From an uncultured Bacilli bacterium (lineage in GTDB: Bacteria; Bacillota_I; Bacilli_A; RF39; UBA660), in contig CAKOOJ010000001.1 in the NCBI GenBank assembly GCA_934098385.1, positions 137,249 to 201,248 of the forward strand: 64,000 nt of DNA, written 5' to 3'. Positions 11,825 to 21,605 of the stretch are shown piece by piece. The notes beneath the pieces were generated by a model, which did not search any database, was not told where the DNA came from, and saw only the letters and a program-made list of their open reading frames with translations. Position numbers and translations under genes: made by a program. Each line of letters opens with the position of its first letter. Within the stretch, counting starts at the first letter, position 1.

Positions 11825-12199
11825 TTATGTGGCATTAATTTCCAAATTATTCAAATATTTTTCATAAGTATTGATAAATCTGACAAAATCATCGATATCT
11901 ACACTACCAATTTTAAATTTTATATTTTTTTTGGGAATTTTATATAATTGATCACATTTTACAATGCTATCGACATTTAAGTTATTGCTTTTATTTTTGT
12001 TTAATAACTCATTAAATCTAAATTTTGATTTTTCTCGATGAGATGATACAATTAGTCCAAAGTATTCTATAGGAATTAATTGTTCTTCATCGACATCAAT
12101 AATTACAAACAAATGATTTTTACCTATTTTGCCATTATTATATTCATATTTTGATACAAAGACAATATCTCCAATTTCATATTTTTTCAAAAAAATCAC
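11825..12199 (-). CDS. PemK/MazF-like type II toxin
   Basis: GDIVFVSKYEY..HLFVIIDV..IVSSHREKSKF..VKCDQLYKIPKKNI follows the MazF/PemK SH3-barrel pattern. The start is GTG (12199) or the TTG three codons downstream, preceded by AAAGGAG. Confidence 0.5.
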   Translation of the reverse strand: MIFLKKYEIGDIVFVSKYEYNNGKIGKNHLFVIIDVDEEQLIPIEYFGLIVSSHREKSKFRFNELLNKNKSNNLNVDSIVKCDQLYKIPKKNIKFKIGSVDIDDFVRFINTYEKYLNNLEINAT

Positions 12200-12372
12200 T
12201 CCTTTGATTTTTTTAAATATGATTTTAATTCTCCTTTATGCTCTTCATATTCAACAGGAGTATCTTCAAATGCTTGTACATGAGATTTTATTATATAGTT
12301 TTTTTTAGACTTTGAAATCAATTTTTTTACTTTTGTTTTTATAGTTTCTTTATTTAAATTATTGTAATTCAT
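12196..12372 (-). CDS. putative antitoxin (58-aa Lys-rich ORF, below the ORF-track cutoff)
   Basis: Hand translation: MNYNNLNKETIKTKVKKLISKSKKNYIIKSHVQAFEDTPVEYEEHKGELKSYLKKSKE. GGAGG lies 10 nt upstream. Its TGA stop overlaps the toxin GTG (GTGA). Confidence 0.35.
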   Translation of the reverse strand: MNYNNLNKETIKTKVKKLISKSKKNYIIKSHVQAFEDTPVEYEEHKGELKSYLKKSKE

Positions 12373-12604
12373 AAATATAATTCCTCCTCTTTTTTATAAA
12401 AGTATAGCATATTTTCTAAATATATTAAATTTCATATTTAAAAATAGTATTTATTAATTTATATTACATGTTTTATTATTAATTTGTACTATATCTTTTA
12501 TCACCACCCTGATGAAAAATATATATTATATTTAACACATAAAAGTCAACAAAAAATATGCATACCATTTTTAAAATATAATATGTACATTTTATACGAT
12601 TACC

Positions 12605-12643
12605 AAAAACTGATGCTGATTACGAAGTATTTGATTTAGATTT
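12605..12643. repeat. 39-bp perfect direct repeat, copy 2 (orphaned ancestral 3' end of the ATPase gene)
   Basis: In frame it reads KTDADYEVFDLDFLEK-stop (stop at 12653..12655), versus ..FLNK-stop in the live gene. It is followed by a strong terminator. Confidence 0.9.
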
Positions 12644-12658
12644 CTTGGAAAAGTAAAA

Positions 12659-12690
12659 ATCTATAGAAAATAAGTTCTATAGATTTTATT
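12659..12690. terminator. bidirectional intrinsic terminator (ancestral ATPase end / HD-paralogue end)
   Basis: ATCTATAGAA-N6-TTCTATAGAT, a 10-bp stem flanked by an A-run and a T-run. Confidence 0.7.
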
Positions 12691-13114
12691 ATACTATTTT
12701 TTTATTCTTCAATAATTTCTTTACATCTTTATTCATGCTGTTATCAAATTTATAATTTTCTTCAATTATTAAATTACAAACTTTATCGATAAATGTCTTA
12801 TTATATTTTAATCTTAATAATATTCTTTTAGCCATTACTTCACTAATAATATTAGATTTAAAATTATATTCTTTATTATTCTTTGAAAATGGTATACCTA
12901 TATCATGTAATAATATTGAAACTCTATGTTCTAAATTCATATCCGTAATTGATAACAAATATAATGTAAATTGCCATGCATTTAATCCATTATATTTATA
13001 ATTTTTGTATCCTATCATATGTCTTAATTCTGGTATTAATTCTAATAATTCTTTTATATTACAATTAATACTATCCACTACATTTTCTTGCATTAATATT
13101 TCTTCTAACTTCAT
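12689..13114 (-). CDS. degenerate HD-domain paralogue
   Basis: 141 aa, collinear with the upstream HD protein (LLHDIGIPFSK vs LLLHDIGKPHS) but lacking the downstream His residues (KNHN>KSN, LMHD>IEEN). Confidence 0.5.
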   Translation of the reverse strand: MKLEEILMQENVVDSINCNIKELLELIPELRHMIGYKNYKYNGLNAWQFTLYLLSITDMNLEHRVSILLHDIGIPFSKNNKEYNFKSNIISEVMAKRILLRLKYNKTFIDKVCNLIIEENYKFDNSMNKDVKKLLKNKKIV

Positions 13115-13133
13115 TTTACTACCTCTTACTACT

Positions 13134-13655
13134 TCATTTTTTAAATAATTTTTTTGTTTTTTCTAAAACTTTAATTCTTTTATCAATATTTTTTGGATTA
13201 TGAGCTAATCCGTCTGCTAATTGAATTTGATATCTAATATATTCTAATTCATAGTTGTTTTTTATATCATCTTCAGTAATCATTATATCATGCATTAAAA
13301 TTAAATAACATATTTTTTCAATATATTCATTATTATAACCTAATCTTTTTAATATAATTTTGGACATATTGCTAGATACTACATTATGATTTTTATAATG
13401 TCTAAATTCACCGTCTTCTTGATAAGAGTGTGGTTTACCTATATCATGTAATAATAATGTTAATCTAATATCAATATCTTTATTAGATATAGAGATTGCT
13501 TTTAAAGTGTGTCCCCATACATCTAAATTATGATATTTATTTTTATGTTCAAAGCCTATCATATATTTTATTTCTGGTATAAGTAAAGTTAAATAATCTA
13601 GATTATTATTGATACTTTCTACTACGTTATCACTTAATAATATATCTTCTAACAT
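13134..13655 (-). CDS. HD/HDIG-domain phosphohydrolase
   Basis: H..LDVWGHTL..LLLHDIGKP..HYKNH..LILMHD motif series. Confidence 0.7.
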   Translation of the reverse strand: MLEDILLSDNVVESINNNLDYLTLLIPEIKYMIGFEHKNKYHNLDVWGHTLKAISISNKDIDIRLTLLLHDIGKPHSYQEDGEFRHYKNHNVVSSNMSKIILKRLGYNNEYIEKICYLILMHDIMITEDDIKNNYELEYIRYQIQLADGLAHNPKNIDKRIKVLEKTKKLFKK

Positions 13656-13661
13656 CTCAAC

Positions 13662-16196
13662 CTACTTCATATTTTTTAATTTATATAATATATTTATAGC
13701 TTCTATTGGAGTGATTTTTAGAACATCTATTTTATTTAATTCTTCTCTAATATTATCTTTTGTTTCAAAGTCAAATGTTAACTGTTGGTTCACATTTTTA
13801 TTTTTACTTTCATTTTTATTATTATTGTTTTCATAATTTTTTAGTATTTCACTAGCTCTATTTATAACAATTTCTGGCATATTTGCAAGGGATGCAACAT
13901 GTATACCATAACTTTTATCAACTGCTCCACTTTTTACCTTATGTAAGAAAGTTATTACACCATTTTCTTCAATTGCATCAACATGTACATTTTTAATTCC
14001 ATTATCTTTATTTTCTAAATCTGTAAGTTCATGATAGTGTGTTGAAAACATTGTTTTACATTTTATATTACTACTAACATATTCTAGTATAGATTGTGCT
14101 ATGGATAATCCATCATATGTAGCTGTACCTCGACCTAATTCATCAAATAATATCAAACTATTTTTTGTAGCATTAACAATAGCATTTCTTGCTTCTAACA
14201 TTTCAACCATAAAAGTAGACTCACCACCAACTAAATCATCACTTGCTCCGATTCTTGTATATATTGCATCAAATATTGGAAGAGTAGCACTACTCGCTGG
14301 CACAAAAGAACCCATTTGAGAAAGTATTATAGTTATTGCAAACTGTCTCATGTAAGTTGATTTACCACTCATATTTGGTCCAGTAATTAAAAGAGTATTT
14401 GTATTTTCATCCATTAAAACATCATTTTTAACATATTCATTTTTATTAATACTTTCTACTACTGGATGAAAACCATCTTTTATATCTACTTTTCTTTCAT
14501 TAACTAGTTTAGGTCTAACTAATTTATATTCTTCACTTACCATAGATAAAGATGAATAAGCATCTAGTAAACTTAATATGTATGCTGTTTTTTTAAGTTT
14601 TTTAATATTTTCTTTAATAATACTTTTTATTTCCATAAATAAATTATATTCTAAATCTATAATTCTTTCTTCAGCATTTAAAACTAAAGCTTCTTTTTCT
14701 TTTAAAAGTGGTGTTATAAATCTTTCCGCATTAGTTAAAGTTTGTCTTCTTTCCCATCCATATTCTTCTTTAATCTTATCTATTTGACCTTTACTAACTT
14801 CTATATAATAACCAAATACTTTATTAAAACCTACTTTTAGATTGCTTATACCGGTTTTTTCTTTTTCAGTTGCTTCTAAACTACTTATAAATTCTTTACC
14901 ACCACTACGTAAAGTTTTTAATTCATCGAGTTCCGTGTTATACCCTTCTTTAATTAAGTAACCTTCTTTTATAGTTATTGGTGGGTCATTATATATACTT
15001 TTCTCTAATAAATCATATAATTCAGTATGAGTATCTATATTATAATCTAAATTTAATTTACTTATAATATCTTTTATGTTAGGTAAAACACTTAATGATT
15101 TCTTTATTTGTAATACATCTCTTGCATTTAGATTACCACAAATAACTTTACCACATAATCTTTCTAAGTCATATACTTCATATAAATTATTGCGTAACTC
15201 TTCTCTTAGTAAAAATTCATTATTTAATTTTTCTACTATATCTAATCTATCATTTATTAATTTAATATCTTTAAGTGGATGTAACATCATATTTTTTAAT
15301 GTTCTTGCTCCCATTGCTGTTTTAGTTTTATCTATTAGCCATATTAAACTATATTGTCTTTCTTTTAATCTTAATGTTTCAAATAATTCTAGATTACGAA
15401 TAGTATGTATATCCATATTTAAATAATTATCATGTTCTATAATGTTTACTTCATTCATATGATCTAAACTATTTAATTCTACTATACTTAAATAATAAAA
15501 TAAGTGTTTTATACCAGTTATTATTCTTATATCTTCTATATTTTTATATACTTCAGTATATTTATCATTTAAATATTTATCGTTTATACTTATATTAATA
15601 TTATAGTTATTTTTAAGTACATTTAATAAACTTATATCAAAATCACTTGTAATTAGTACTTCTTTTAAATTAAGATTTAATATTTCATTTATTAATTTAT
15701 CTTTATCATGAATAATAAATTCGCTATTAATTTCTCCAGTAGAAATATCAGCATAAGTAATTAAATACTCACTATTAACATCTAGTATGCTTCCAATATA
15801 GTTTGTGTCTTTGCTATCTAAGTATTCTAAATCTACCATAGTTCCCTTACTTACAACTTGTACTACTCCCCTTTTTACCATACCTTTAGTATTTTTAGGG
15901 TCTTCTAATTGTTCTACTATTGCAACTTTATAACTTTTATTTACTAATTTTTCTATATATTGTTTTGCACTATGATGTGGAACACCACACATTGGAACAC
16001 GTTCTTTAAGACCAGCATTCTTTCCGGTTAAAGTTAATTCTAGTTCCCTACTTGCTATTTCTGCATCTTCAAAAAACAATTCGTAAAAATCTCCTAATCT
16101 ATAAAAAAGTAATATATCTTCGTAATCTTTTTTTATGTCCATATATTGTTGCATCATTGGAGATAATTCTCTTATATCTACATCTTTTCTTTTCAT
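13662..16196 (-). CDS. mutS: DNA mismatch repair protein MutS
   Basis: MMQQYMDIKKDYEDILLFYRLGDFYELFFEDA, Walker A GPNMSGKSTYMRQ, 844 aa. Confidence 0.95.
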   Translation of the reverse strand: MKRKDVDIRELSPMMQQYMDIKKDYEDILLFYRLGDFYELFFEDAEIASRELELTLTGKNAGLKERVPMCGVPHHSAKQYIEKLVNKSYKVAIVEQLEDPKNTKGMVKRGVVQVVSKGTMVDLEYLDSKDTNYIGSILDVNSEYLITYADISTGEINSEFIIHDKDKLINEILNLNLKEVLITSDFDISLLNVLKNNYNINISINDKYLNDKYTEVYKNIEDIRIITGIKHLFYYLSIVELNSLDHMNEVNIIEHDNYLNMDIHTIRNLELFETLRLKERQYSLIWLIDKTKTAMGARTLKNMMLHPLKDIKLINDRLDIVEKLNNEFLLREELRNNLYEVYDLERLCGKVICGNLNARDVLQIKKSLSVLPNIKDIISKLNLDYNIDTHTELYDLLEKSIYNDPPITIKEGYLIKEGYNTELDELKTLRSGGKEFISSLEATEKEKTGISNLKVGFNKVFGYYIEVSKGQIDKIKEEYGWERRQTLTNAERFITPLLKEKEALVLNAEERIIDLEYNLFMEIKSIIKENIKKLKKTAYILSLLDAYSSLSMVSEEYKLVRPKLVNERKVDIKDGFHPVVESINKNEYVKNDVLMDENTNTLLITGPNMSGKSTYMRQFAITIILSQMGSFVPASSATLPIFDAIYTRIGASDDLVGGESTFMVEMLEARNAIVNATKNSLILFDELGRGTATYDGLSIAQSILEYVSSNIKCKTMFSTHYHELTDLENKDNGIKNVHVDAIEENGVITFLHKVKSGAVDKSYGIHVASLANMPEIVINRASEILKNYENNNNKNESKNKNVNQQLTFDFETKDNIREELNKIDVLKITPIEAINILYKLKNMK

Positions 16197-16282
16197 AATA
16201 TACCTCTAAATCTATTAATTATTATAACAGATTTATTATATTTCTTCATTAAAAAACTCTATCTTTTAAGATAAAGTCTTAA

Positions 16283-16831
16283 TTATTTATTAATTTTTAA
16301 TTTTATAACATTGTTATGAGTATCTTCTTTAGAAGTTATTGTATTTAAAAACTCTTTCATTATATCTTTACCAGATAAATTACCATAAGCTTCAATTATA
16401 TGTTCATAAATTAAATGCGCTTTTTCTAAATCATAATCTATATTTAAATCATATGTATTATTGTGTAATGTATAGGGATTATTATATAAATAATTGTACA
16501 TTACTCTATATTGTATTGGTAAATCACTTAATTTTATATTTTTAAAATTATCTAAAGTTGTTAGAATATATTCATTTAGTCCACATTTGATACAACCCTT
16601 ATATACATGATTATCAATATGTTTTACATTAACACAAATATGATTACATGCATTATATTCTTTTTCTTTATATTTTGTTAAATTTATTATTATTTGTTCA
16701 TCAATTAAGTCTTTAAATTTTATTAATTCTTTATATTTTATTACATCAGGTAATTGTTCTAATTTTTTTATTTCTTTTATATAATTATCTCTTTCTTCTA
16801 ATAATTTTGTATACTCTTCTTTATTTTCCAT
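16283..16831 (-). CDS. hypothetical Cys-containing protein
   Basis: The ORF track starts at 16885, but GGAGG sits 8 nt upstream of the internal ATG (MENKEEY..). CNHIC..CIKC pairs are present. Confidence 0.35.
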   Translation of the reverse strand: MENKEEYTKLLEERDNYIKEIKKLEQLPDVIKYKELIKFKDLIDEQIIINLTKYKEKEYNACNHICVNVKHIDNHVYKGCIKCGLNEYILTTLDNFKNIKLSDLPIQYRVMYNYLYNNPYTLHNNTYDLNIDYDLEKAHLIYEHIIEAYGNLSGKDIMKEFLNTITSKEDTHNNVIKLKINK

Positions 16832-16881
16832 ATATAATCCTCCAATAAGTAGAATTATTTTATTAAAAAAAATATATAAAG

Positions 16882-17184
16882 TCAAATTATTTTATATATT
16901 TCTTTAGTATTTTGTATTTTGAAACCATTAACAACATTATAATTATCAGTATAAAAGTTAGTACCTATTTCAAAACAATCATAATATTTTATTTCTGTAT
17001 TAAAATATCCAATTTTAGTTTTCCAATTTATTTTTTTATAATAATCATATTCACATGATAAATCTATATCATTAGTGCTTTCTATAATATCTAAAAGTAC
17101 TAATGCAGCACCACTTATTATAATATATTTATTTTTATCTAGATTTAATTCATTTAATTTATTTAATATATCATTTTTATTCAT
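16882..17184 (-). CDS. hypothetical protein with a nucleotidyltransferase-like GS..DIDL motif
   Basis: 100 aa. IIISGAALVLLDIIESTNDIDL resembles a minimal NTase fold motif. Confidence 0.3.
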   Translation of the reverse strand: MNKNDILNKLNELNLDKNKYIIISGAALVLLDIIESTNDIDLSCEYDYYKKINWKTKIGYFNTEIKYYDCFEIGTNFYTDNYNVVNGFKIQNTKEIYKII

Positions 17185-17232
17185 ACTTACCTTATTTTCT
17201 ATTAGTTTTATATTGAAAATGCGTATTCATAT

Positions 17233-18999
17233 TTATTTATCTTTATAATTTTCTAAGTACTTGTGTAATTTTATTGCAACATTCTCTGGAACAAATTCTT
17301 TTAATTCTTTAGTAGTAGCGTTGCTAATCTTTTTGACACTACCAAAATGTTTTATTAATTCTTTTTTACGTTTAGTACCTATTCCTTCAACATTATCTAA
17401 TATGCTAGATATAGAACCTTTACTTCTTATAGTTCTATGATAATTAATTGTATATCTATGTACTTCATCTTGTATTCTAGTTAAATAATGAAATAGATTA
17501 CTAGTTTTATCAATATCATAAATATTCAAAGTATCTCCATCCATTAAATCACTAGTTCTATGTTTATCATTTTTAACTAAACCACATACTTTTATTTTTA
17601 AATTTAATTCTTTTAAAGTATCTAGACATGCATGTATTTGACTTTTACCACCATCTACTAGTATTAAGTCTGGTATTTCACTTTTTTCAATCAAACATCT
17701 GTAATATCTTCTATATATAACTTCTTTCATAGTATTATAATCATCATTCTTATCTACAGTAATTTTATATTTTCTATAATCACTTTTACTAGGTAAACCA
17801 TTTTTAAATACTACCATACCAGATACATTAAATGTACCAAATATATTGGAGTTATCAAATATATCTATTCGATAAACATTAATACCTAACAATCTACTTA
17901 ATTCATCATTAGCACCATTAGTTCTAATACTATCTTTTTCTAATAAATTTAATTTATTTTCTAAATTCATTTTAGCATTTTTATAAGACATATCTAATAA
18001 TTTCTTTTTATTACCTCTTATACTAGTAGTAAATTTAGTATTAATCATATTATTTAATAAATCTTTATTTATATTCTTTGGAATTAATACTTCTTTAGGT
18101 ATTTCATGTTTATTATAATATAATGCTATATAATATTCTAATTCACTGATATAATCTTCCATAACTGGTATTATTTTATTATTATGTCCTATTAATTTAC
18201 CATTTCTTAAAAAGAATATTTCTATACTTAAATAGCCTTTATCAAAATAATAATTTATTATATCTCTATTAATATTATCATGTAATTCTACTCTTTGTTT
18301 TTCCATTACTACTTTAATATAATCTAGTTCATTTTTTAAATCTTTTGCTTTTTCAAAATTTAATTGTTCAGAATAAAAATTTATCTTTTCTAATAATTTA
18401 TTAGTGATTATTTTTTCATCACCTTTTAAGAATTTTATTATATCTTCTTCCATAGATTTTATTTTATCTTTATCTACATTTTTTGTACAATATCCTAAAC
18501 ATTCATTTATATGATAATAAAGACATAAATTTTTTCCCAAAGTATCACATTTTTTTAAAGGATATAATCTATTTATTAAATTAACTATTCTTCTTGCTGC
18601 ATATACGTTAACAAATGGTCCAAATAATAGTTTATCTTTATGTTTTTTTATATTTAAGTATCTTACTACTTTTAAAGATGGATATGGTTTTCTGGTATAT
18701 TCTATATAAGGATAACTTTTATCATCTTTTAATAATATATTATATCTAGGATTATATTGTTTTATTAAATTTAATTCTAATATAAAAGCTTCTAATTCAC
18801 TATTAGTTACTATATATTCAAAATGATCTATTTCATTTACCATTATTTCAGTTTTACCAGTATTTTTTCCTATAAAATAATTACTAAGTCTATTACGTAA
18901 ATCTTTTGCTTTACCAACATATATTATTACGTTGTCTTTATTATACATTTGATATGAACCAGGTAAATGAGGTACTAAATTTAATTCTTCTTTAAACAT
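17233..18999 (-). CDS. uvrC: excinuclease ABC subunit C
   Basis: GIY-YIG N-terminus (GSYQMYNKDNVIIYVGKAKDLRNR), a UvrBC domain, and a C-terminal HhH (GIGTKRKKELIKHFGS). Confidence 0.95.
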   Translation of the reverse strand: MFKEELNLVPHLPGSYQMYNKDNVIIYVGKAKDLRNRLSNYFIGKNTGKTEIMVNEIDHFEYIVTNSELEAFILELNLIKQYNPRYNILLKDDKSYPYIEYTRKPYPSLKVVRYLNIKKHKDKLLFGPFVNVYAARRIVNLINRLYPLKKCDTLGKNLCLYYHINECLGYCTKNVDKDKIKSMEEDIIKFLKGDEKIITNKLLEKINFYSEQLNFEKAKDLKNELDYIKVVMEKQRVELHDNINRDIINYYFDKGYLSIEIFFLRNGKLIGHNNKIIPVMEDYISELEYYIALYYNKHEIPKEVLIPKNINKDLLNNMINTKFTTSIRGNKKKLLDMSYKNAKMNLENKLNLLEKDSIRTNGANDELSRLLGINVYRIDIFDNSNIFGTFNVSGMVVFKNGLPSKSDYRKYKITVDKNDDYNTMKEVIYRRYYRCLIEKSEIPDLILVDGGKSQIHACLDTLKELNLKIKVCGLVKNDKHRTSDLMDGDTLNIYDIDKTSNLFHYLTRIQDEVHRYTINYHRTIRSKGSISSILDNVEGIGTKRKKELIKHFGSVKKISNATTKELKEFVPENVAIKLHKYLENYKDK

Positions 19000-19237
19000 A
19001 TTTCATCACATATATTATTTTAGCACAAATTTATTAACATATACAGAACTAATATATATCAACTTAATATTTAATTGTTAGTATTAAATGCAAAAAAATT
19101 CAATAAATTTATAACATATTGTAATTTTTTTAGATTATTTAATAACTATTTTATATTTAAAAATGAATAAATTAATATACCATTAAGCGAAGTTTTTTCT
19201 CTTCAACGCTAGTATTTTCGGCACTTTTTTTAAACTG

Positions 19238-21118
19238 TCAGTTAGTAAGTACAGTGTACGGATTTGAACTAGTTCCATCTCCTCCACCTACCAGCAATTC
19301 AGCCTTTAGATTAATAACTGGACGATAATTGTGACTATTTGTGACATTAAAGTATGAATTTGTAAAATTTCCAGCACTATCAACAACAAACAAGCTTGTA
19401 GCGCCATGAAACCTTGGAGATGAAAGCATAAACTCATTTCCATTACTTAAATAGTGTTTAATAGTACTTGTATTACTCCTATATCCATAAGCTCCTGCAT
19501 ATGCCACTTCATCAGCAGATAAAAGTCCTATTGGATATTTTAAATCTCCATTTGTTTTATTACCATTTACAAGTGTTGCTACATCTACTGTAAATCTTGA
19601 ATAATCATTTGTTGCATTTTCTGCACATTTAAATGTTGGTTTTGCAGTTGTAATTTCTGTTGTACCAGAACTATATAATAATCTTTCTGTTGATGCATAA
19701 TATGTATGATTTGTTCCATAACCTAGTTGAGTTGTAACTCCACCAATACCACTTGATGCTAAAGTTTTATCATTACAAAATACCGTATCTGAAATATAAT
19801 CTATATTATTAGTATCGACTATATTAGTTTTATACCATGCATCAAGTGCTTTTTTTATTGTACTTTCTACAACATTTATATGTGTTGCATCATATGGTGT
19901 TGCTGCCCATTTACCTCCAGCAGATATACATGCAGCATTTGTTGTAATTGATGTATCTACTTCTGCTGCAGTTCCTGCATTATTTAGTTTTATACATTGA
20001 TTTGTACTACTACTAGTTTGTCCAGTCATACCATACATATACCCAACATATGCATTATCATCACTTTTAGAATTAAATACAGATACACCAGCATTACTGT
20101 CTAGAACTAGCCTAATTGTTCCATCACCATTTATTCTTACTATTCTCCATTTTTTATCTGCAAAAGATACATAATTATTTAATATAGGTCCTCTATAATA
20201 ATAACTTATTCCATAATCATCTTCTGCACTAAATATACCATCATTAGTAAAATCATTAACTTCATCATTCCAGGATGTACCATCTGCTACTTTACTCAAA
20301 TCTGGAGTTGTTTTTATTTTTGTAGATTTTGCTGTTTTATATATAACCTCTGTCCCATCTTTTACACATGTTCCAGGACATCCAGCTGCCACATTTGCTA
20401 AACAAGTAGTTCCATATCCACAATTTGTATCTTCAACAAATTGAGTTTTATCCATATCTATTCCTGTTGCTATTTTGGCGCTATCTACTATCACATCTTT
20501 TAACGGCGCATTAACATAAGGATTAAATTGACTTGGATCTACTATATTCGCTTTTGCACTAAATGTTTTGTTCATGTCTACATTTTGATTTTCATTTACA
20601 TTTTTGTATGTTACAACTAATGTATATACTTGTGCTTTATCATCTGCTATATCATTTTGTACTAATATAGTTCCAAGTGAAGGAAATGTTGTTTCATCAC
20701 TTACTCCATTACATGTTCCAGATATAGTTCCTGTTACTGTCTTATTTGTTTTATCTATGCTAAATCCCGTTTTAGAATATTGTTTACAATCTAATGTGTA
20801 TACAATATCATCTTTTCTTTCAAATTGATTTACTACATTTTCTAGTGCTACTCCATATGTAACAGTTTTATTTCCTTTATTTGTTGCTACAAATGTTTTT
20901 GTCCAACTTTTACCTGGTTCAACCTTTGTATCAGTTATTAATTCATCATTTATATCTGCATATTCTAATAAAATATTGGCTGTTACTACAGATATAGATT
21001 TGTTATTGTTATTTCCGTTTATTTTTGTTAAATAATAACCATAAGTTAATCCTATAAGTATTAGACTTACTAATACTATTCCAGTTATACTAATTATTAT
21101 TCTTTGTTTTCTAGACAT
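19238..21118 (-). CDS. large secreted/surface protein: SipW-type signal peptide, TasA/camelysin-like N-domain and a C-terminal WRIVRI..LLSxDE..RPVINL module (paralogue A)
   Basis: The start is set at MSRKQRIII by comparison with the paralogue at 33166..34839. IGLTYGYYLT signal motif, ..VEPGKSWTKTFVATNKGNKTV.. beta-sandwich-like pattern. The C-terminal module resembles the DUF6273-type WRVL/WWLRSP/VRPA family (from memory). Confidence 0.7.
   Translation of the reverse strand: MSRKQRIIISITGIVLVSLILIGLTYGYYLTKINGNNNNKSISVVTANILLEYADINDELITDTKVEPGKSWTKTFVATNKGNKTVTYGVALENVVNQFERKDDIVYTLDCKQYSKTGFSIDKTNKTVTGTISGTCNGVSDETTFPSLGTILVQNDIADDKAQVYTLVVTYKNVNENQNVDMNKTFSAKANIVDPSQFNPYVNAPLKDVIVDSAKIATGIDMDKTQFVEDTNCGYGTTCLANVAAGCPGTCVKDGTEVIYKTAKSTKIKTTPDLSKVADGTSWNDEVNDFTNDGIFSAEDDYGISYYYRGPILNNYVSFADKKWRIVRINGDGTIRLVLDSNAGVSVFNSKSDDNAYVGYMYGMTGQTSSSTNQCIKLNNAGTAAEVDTSITTNAACISAGGKWAATPYDATHINVVESTIKKALDAWYKTNIVDTNNIDYISDTVFCNDKTLASSGIGGVTTQLGYGTNHTYYASTERLLYSSGTTEITTAKPTFKCAENATNDYSRFTVDVATLVNGNKTNGDLKYPIGLLSADEVAYAGAYGYRSNTSTIKHYLSNGNEFMLSSPRFHGATSLFVVDSAGNFTNSYFNVTNSHNYRPVINLKAELLVGGGDGTSSNPYTVLTN
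20521..21118. repeat. ~600-bp near-identical direct repeat, copy A (5' module of paralogue A)
   Basis: Aligns without indels to 34242..34839 (constant offset of 13721). Includes a perfect block of about 114 bp (20618..20731). Confidence 0.85.
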
Positions 21119-21151
21119 ATATATCATTCCTATCTTTATTATTCTAATAAA

Positions 21152-21180
21152 ATTATAAAATAAAAAATGATATATTTCAA
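21152..21180 (-). promoter_or_regulatory. sigma-A-type promoter for paralogue A (overlaps the sufU stop)
   Basis: TTGAAA-17 nt-TATAAT on the minus strand. Confidence 0.5.
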
Positions 21181-21605
21181 TCATTTTTATAGTTATTTAA
21201 TATTTTTAATATACCAGTATAAGGAAGTGTTACGCAAGTTTTTCTATTTTGTTGTTTATATATTTCATCAAATGCAATACCTTCTTTTAGTTCTTCTTCA
21301 TTATATTTTTTTTCTTCTACCATATTCATAAAATTATTTATATATTTTATTGCATCATCTACACTTTTATTTATTATATTTTTTAACATTATAGATGTAC
21401 TTGCAGTAGAGATTGCACATGCTTCTCCATTAAACCTTATATCTTTTATTATATTATCTTTTATATCAATATATATATCAATATTATCTATACATGATTC
21501 ATTATTAGAATTTGTTTTTATATATCCTAAATTATCATTTCCATCTTTATTAAATGGATTTTGAAAGTTCTCTAATATTATTTCTCTTTTAAATTCATTG
21601 TCCAT
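21177..21605 (-). CDS. sufU: SufU/IscU-type Fe-S cluster scaffold/sulfur acceptor
   Basis: NPFN.., ..ESCIDNI.., GEACAISTASTS, ..RKTCVTLP. Overlaps the sufS stop. Confidence 0.8.
   Translation of the reverse strand: MDNEFKREIILENFQNPFNKDGNDNLGYIKTNSNNESCIDNIDIYIDIKDNIIKDIRFNGEACAISTASTSIMLKNIINKSVDDAIKYINNFMNMVEEKKYNEEELKEGIAFDEIYKQQNRKTCVTLPYTGILKILNNYKND

Noticed and set aside
19181-19237. Terminator downstream of surface-protein paralogue A (AGCGTTGAAG..CTTCGCT).
   Set aside because: The stem needs a bulge and wobble pairs and is not followed by a T-run. Not convincing.
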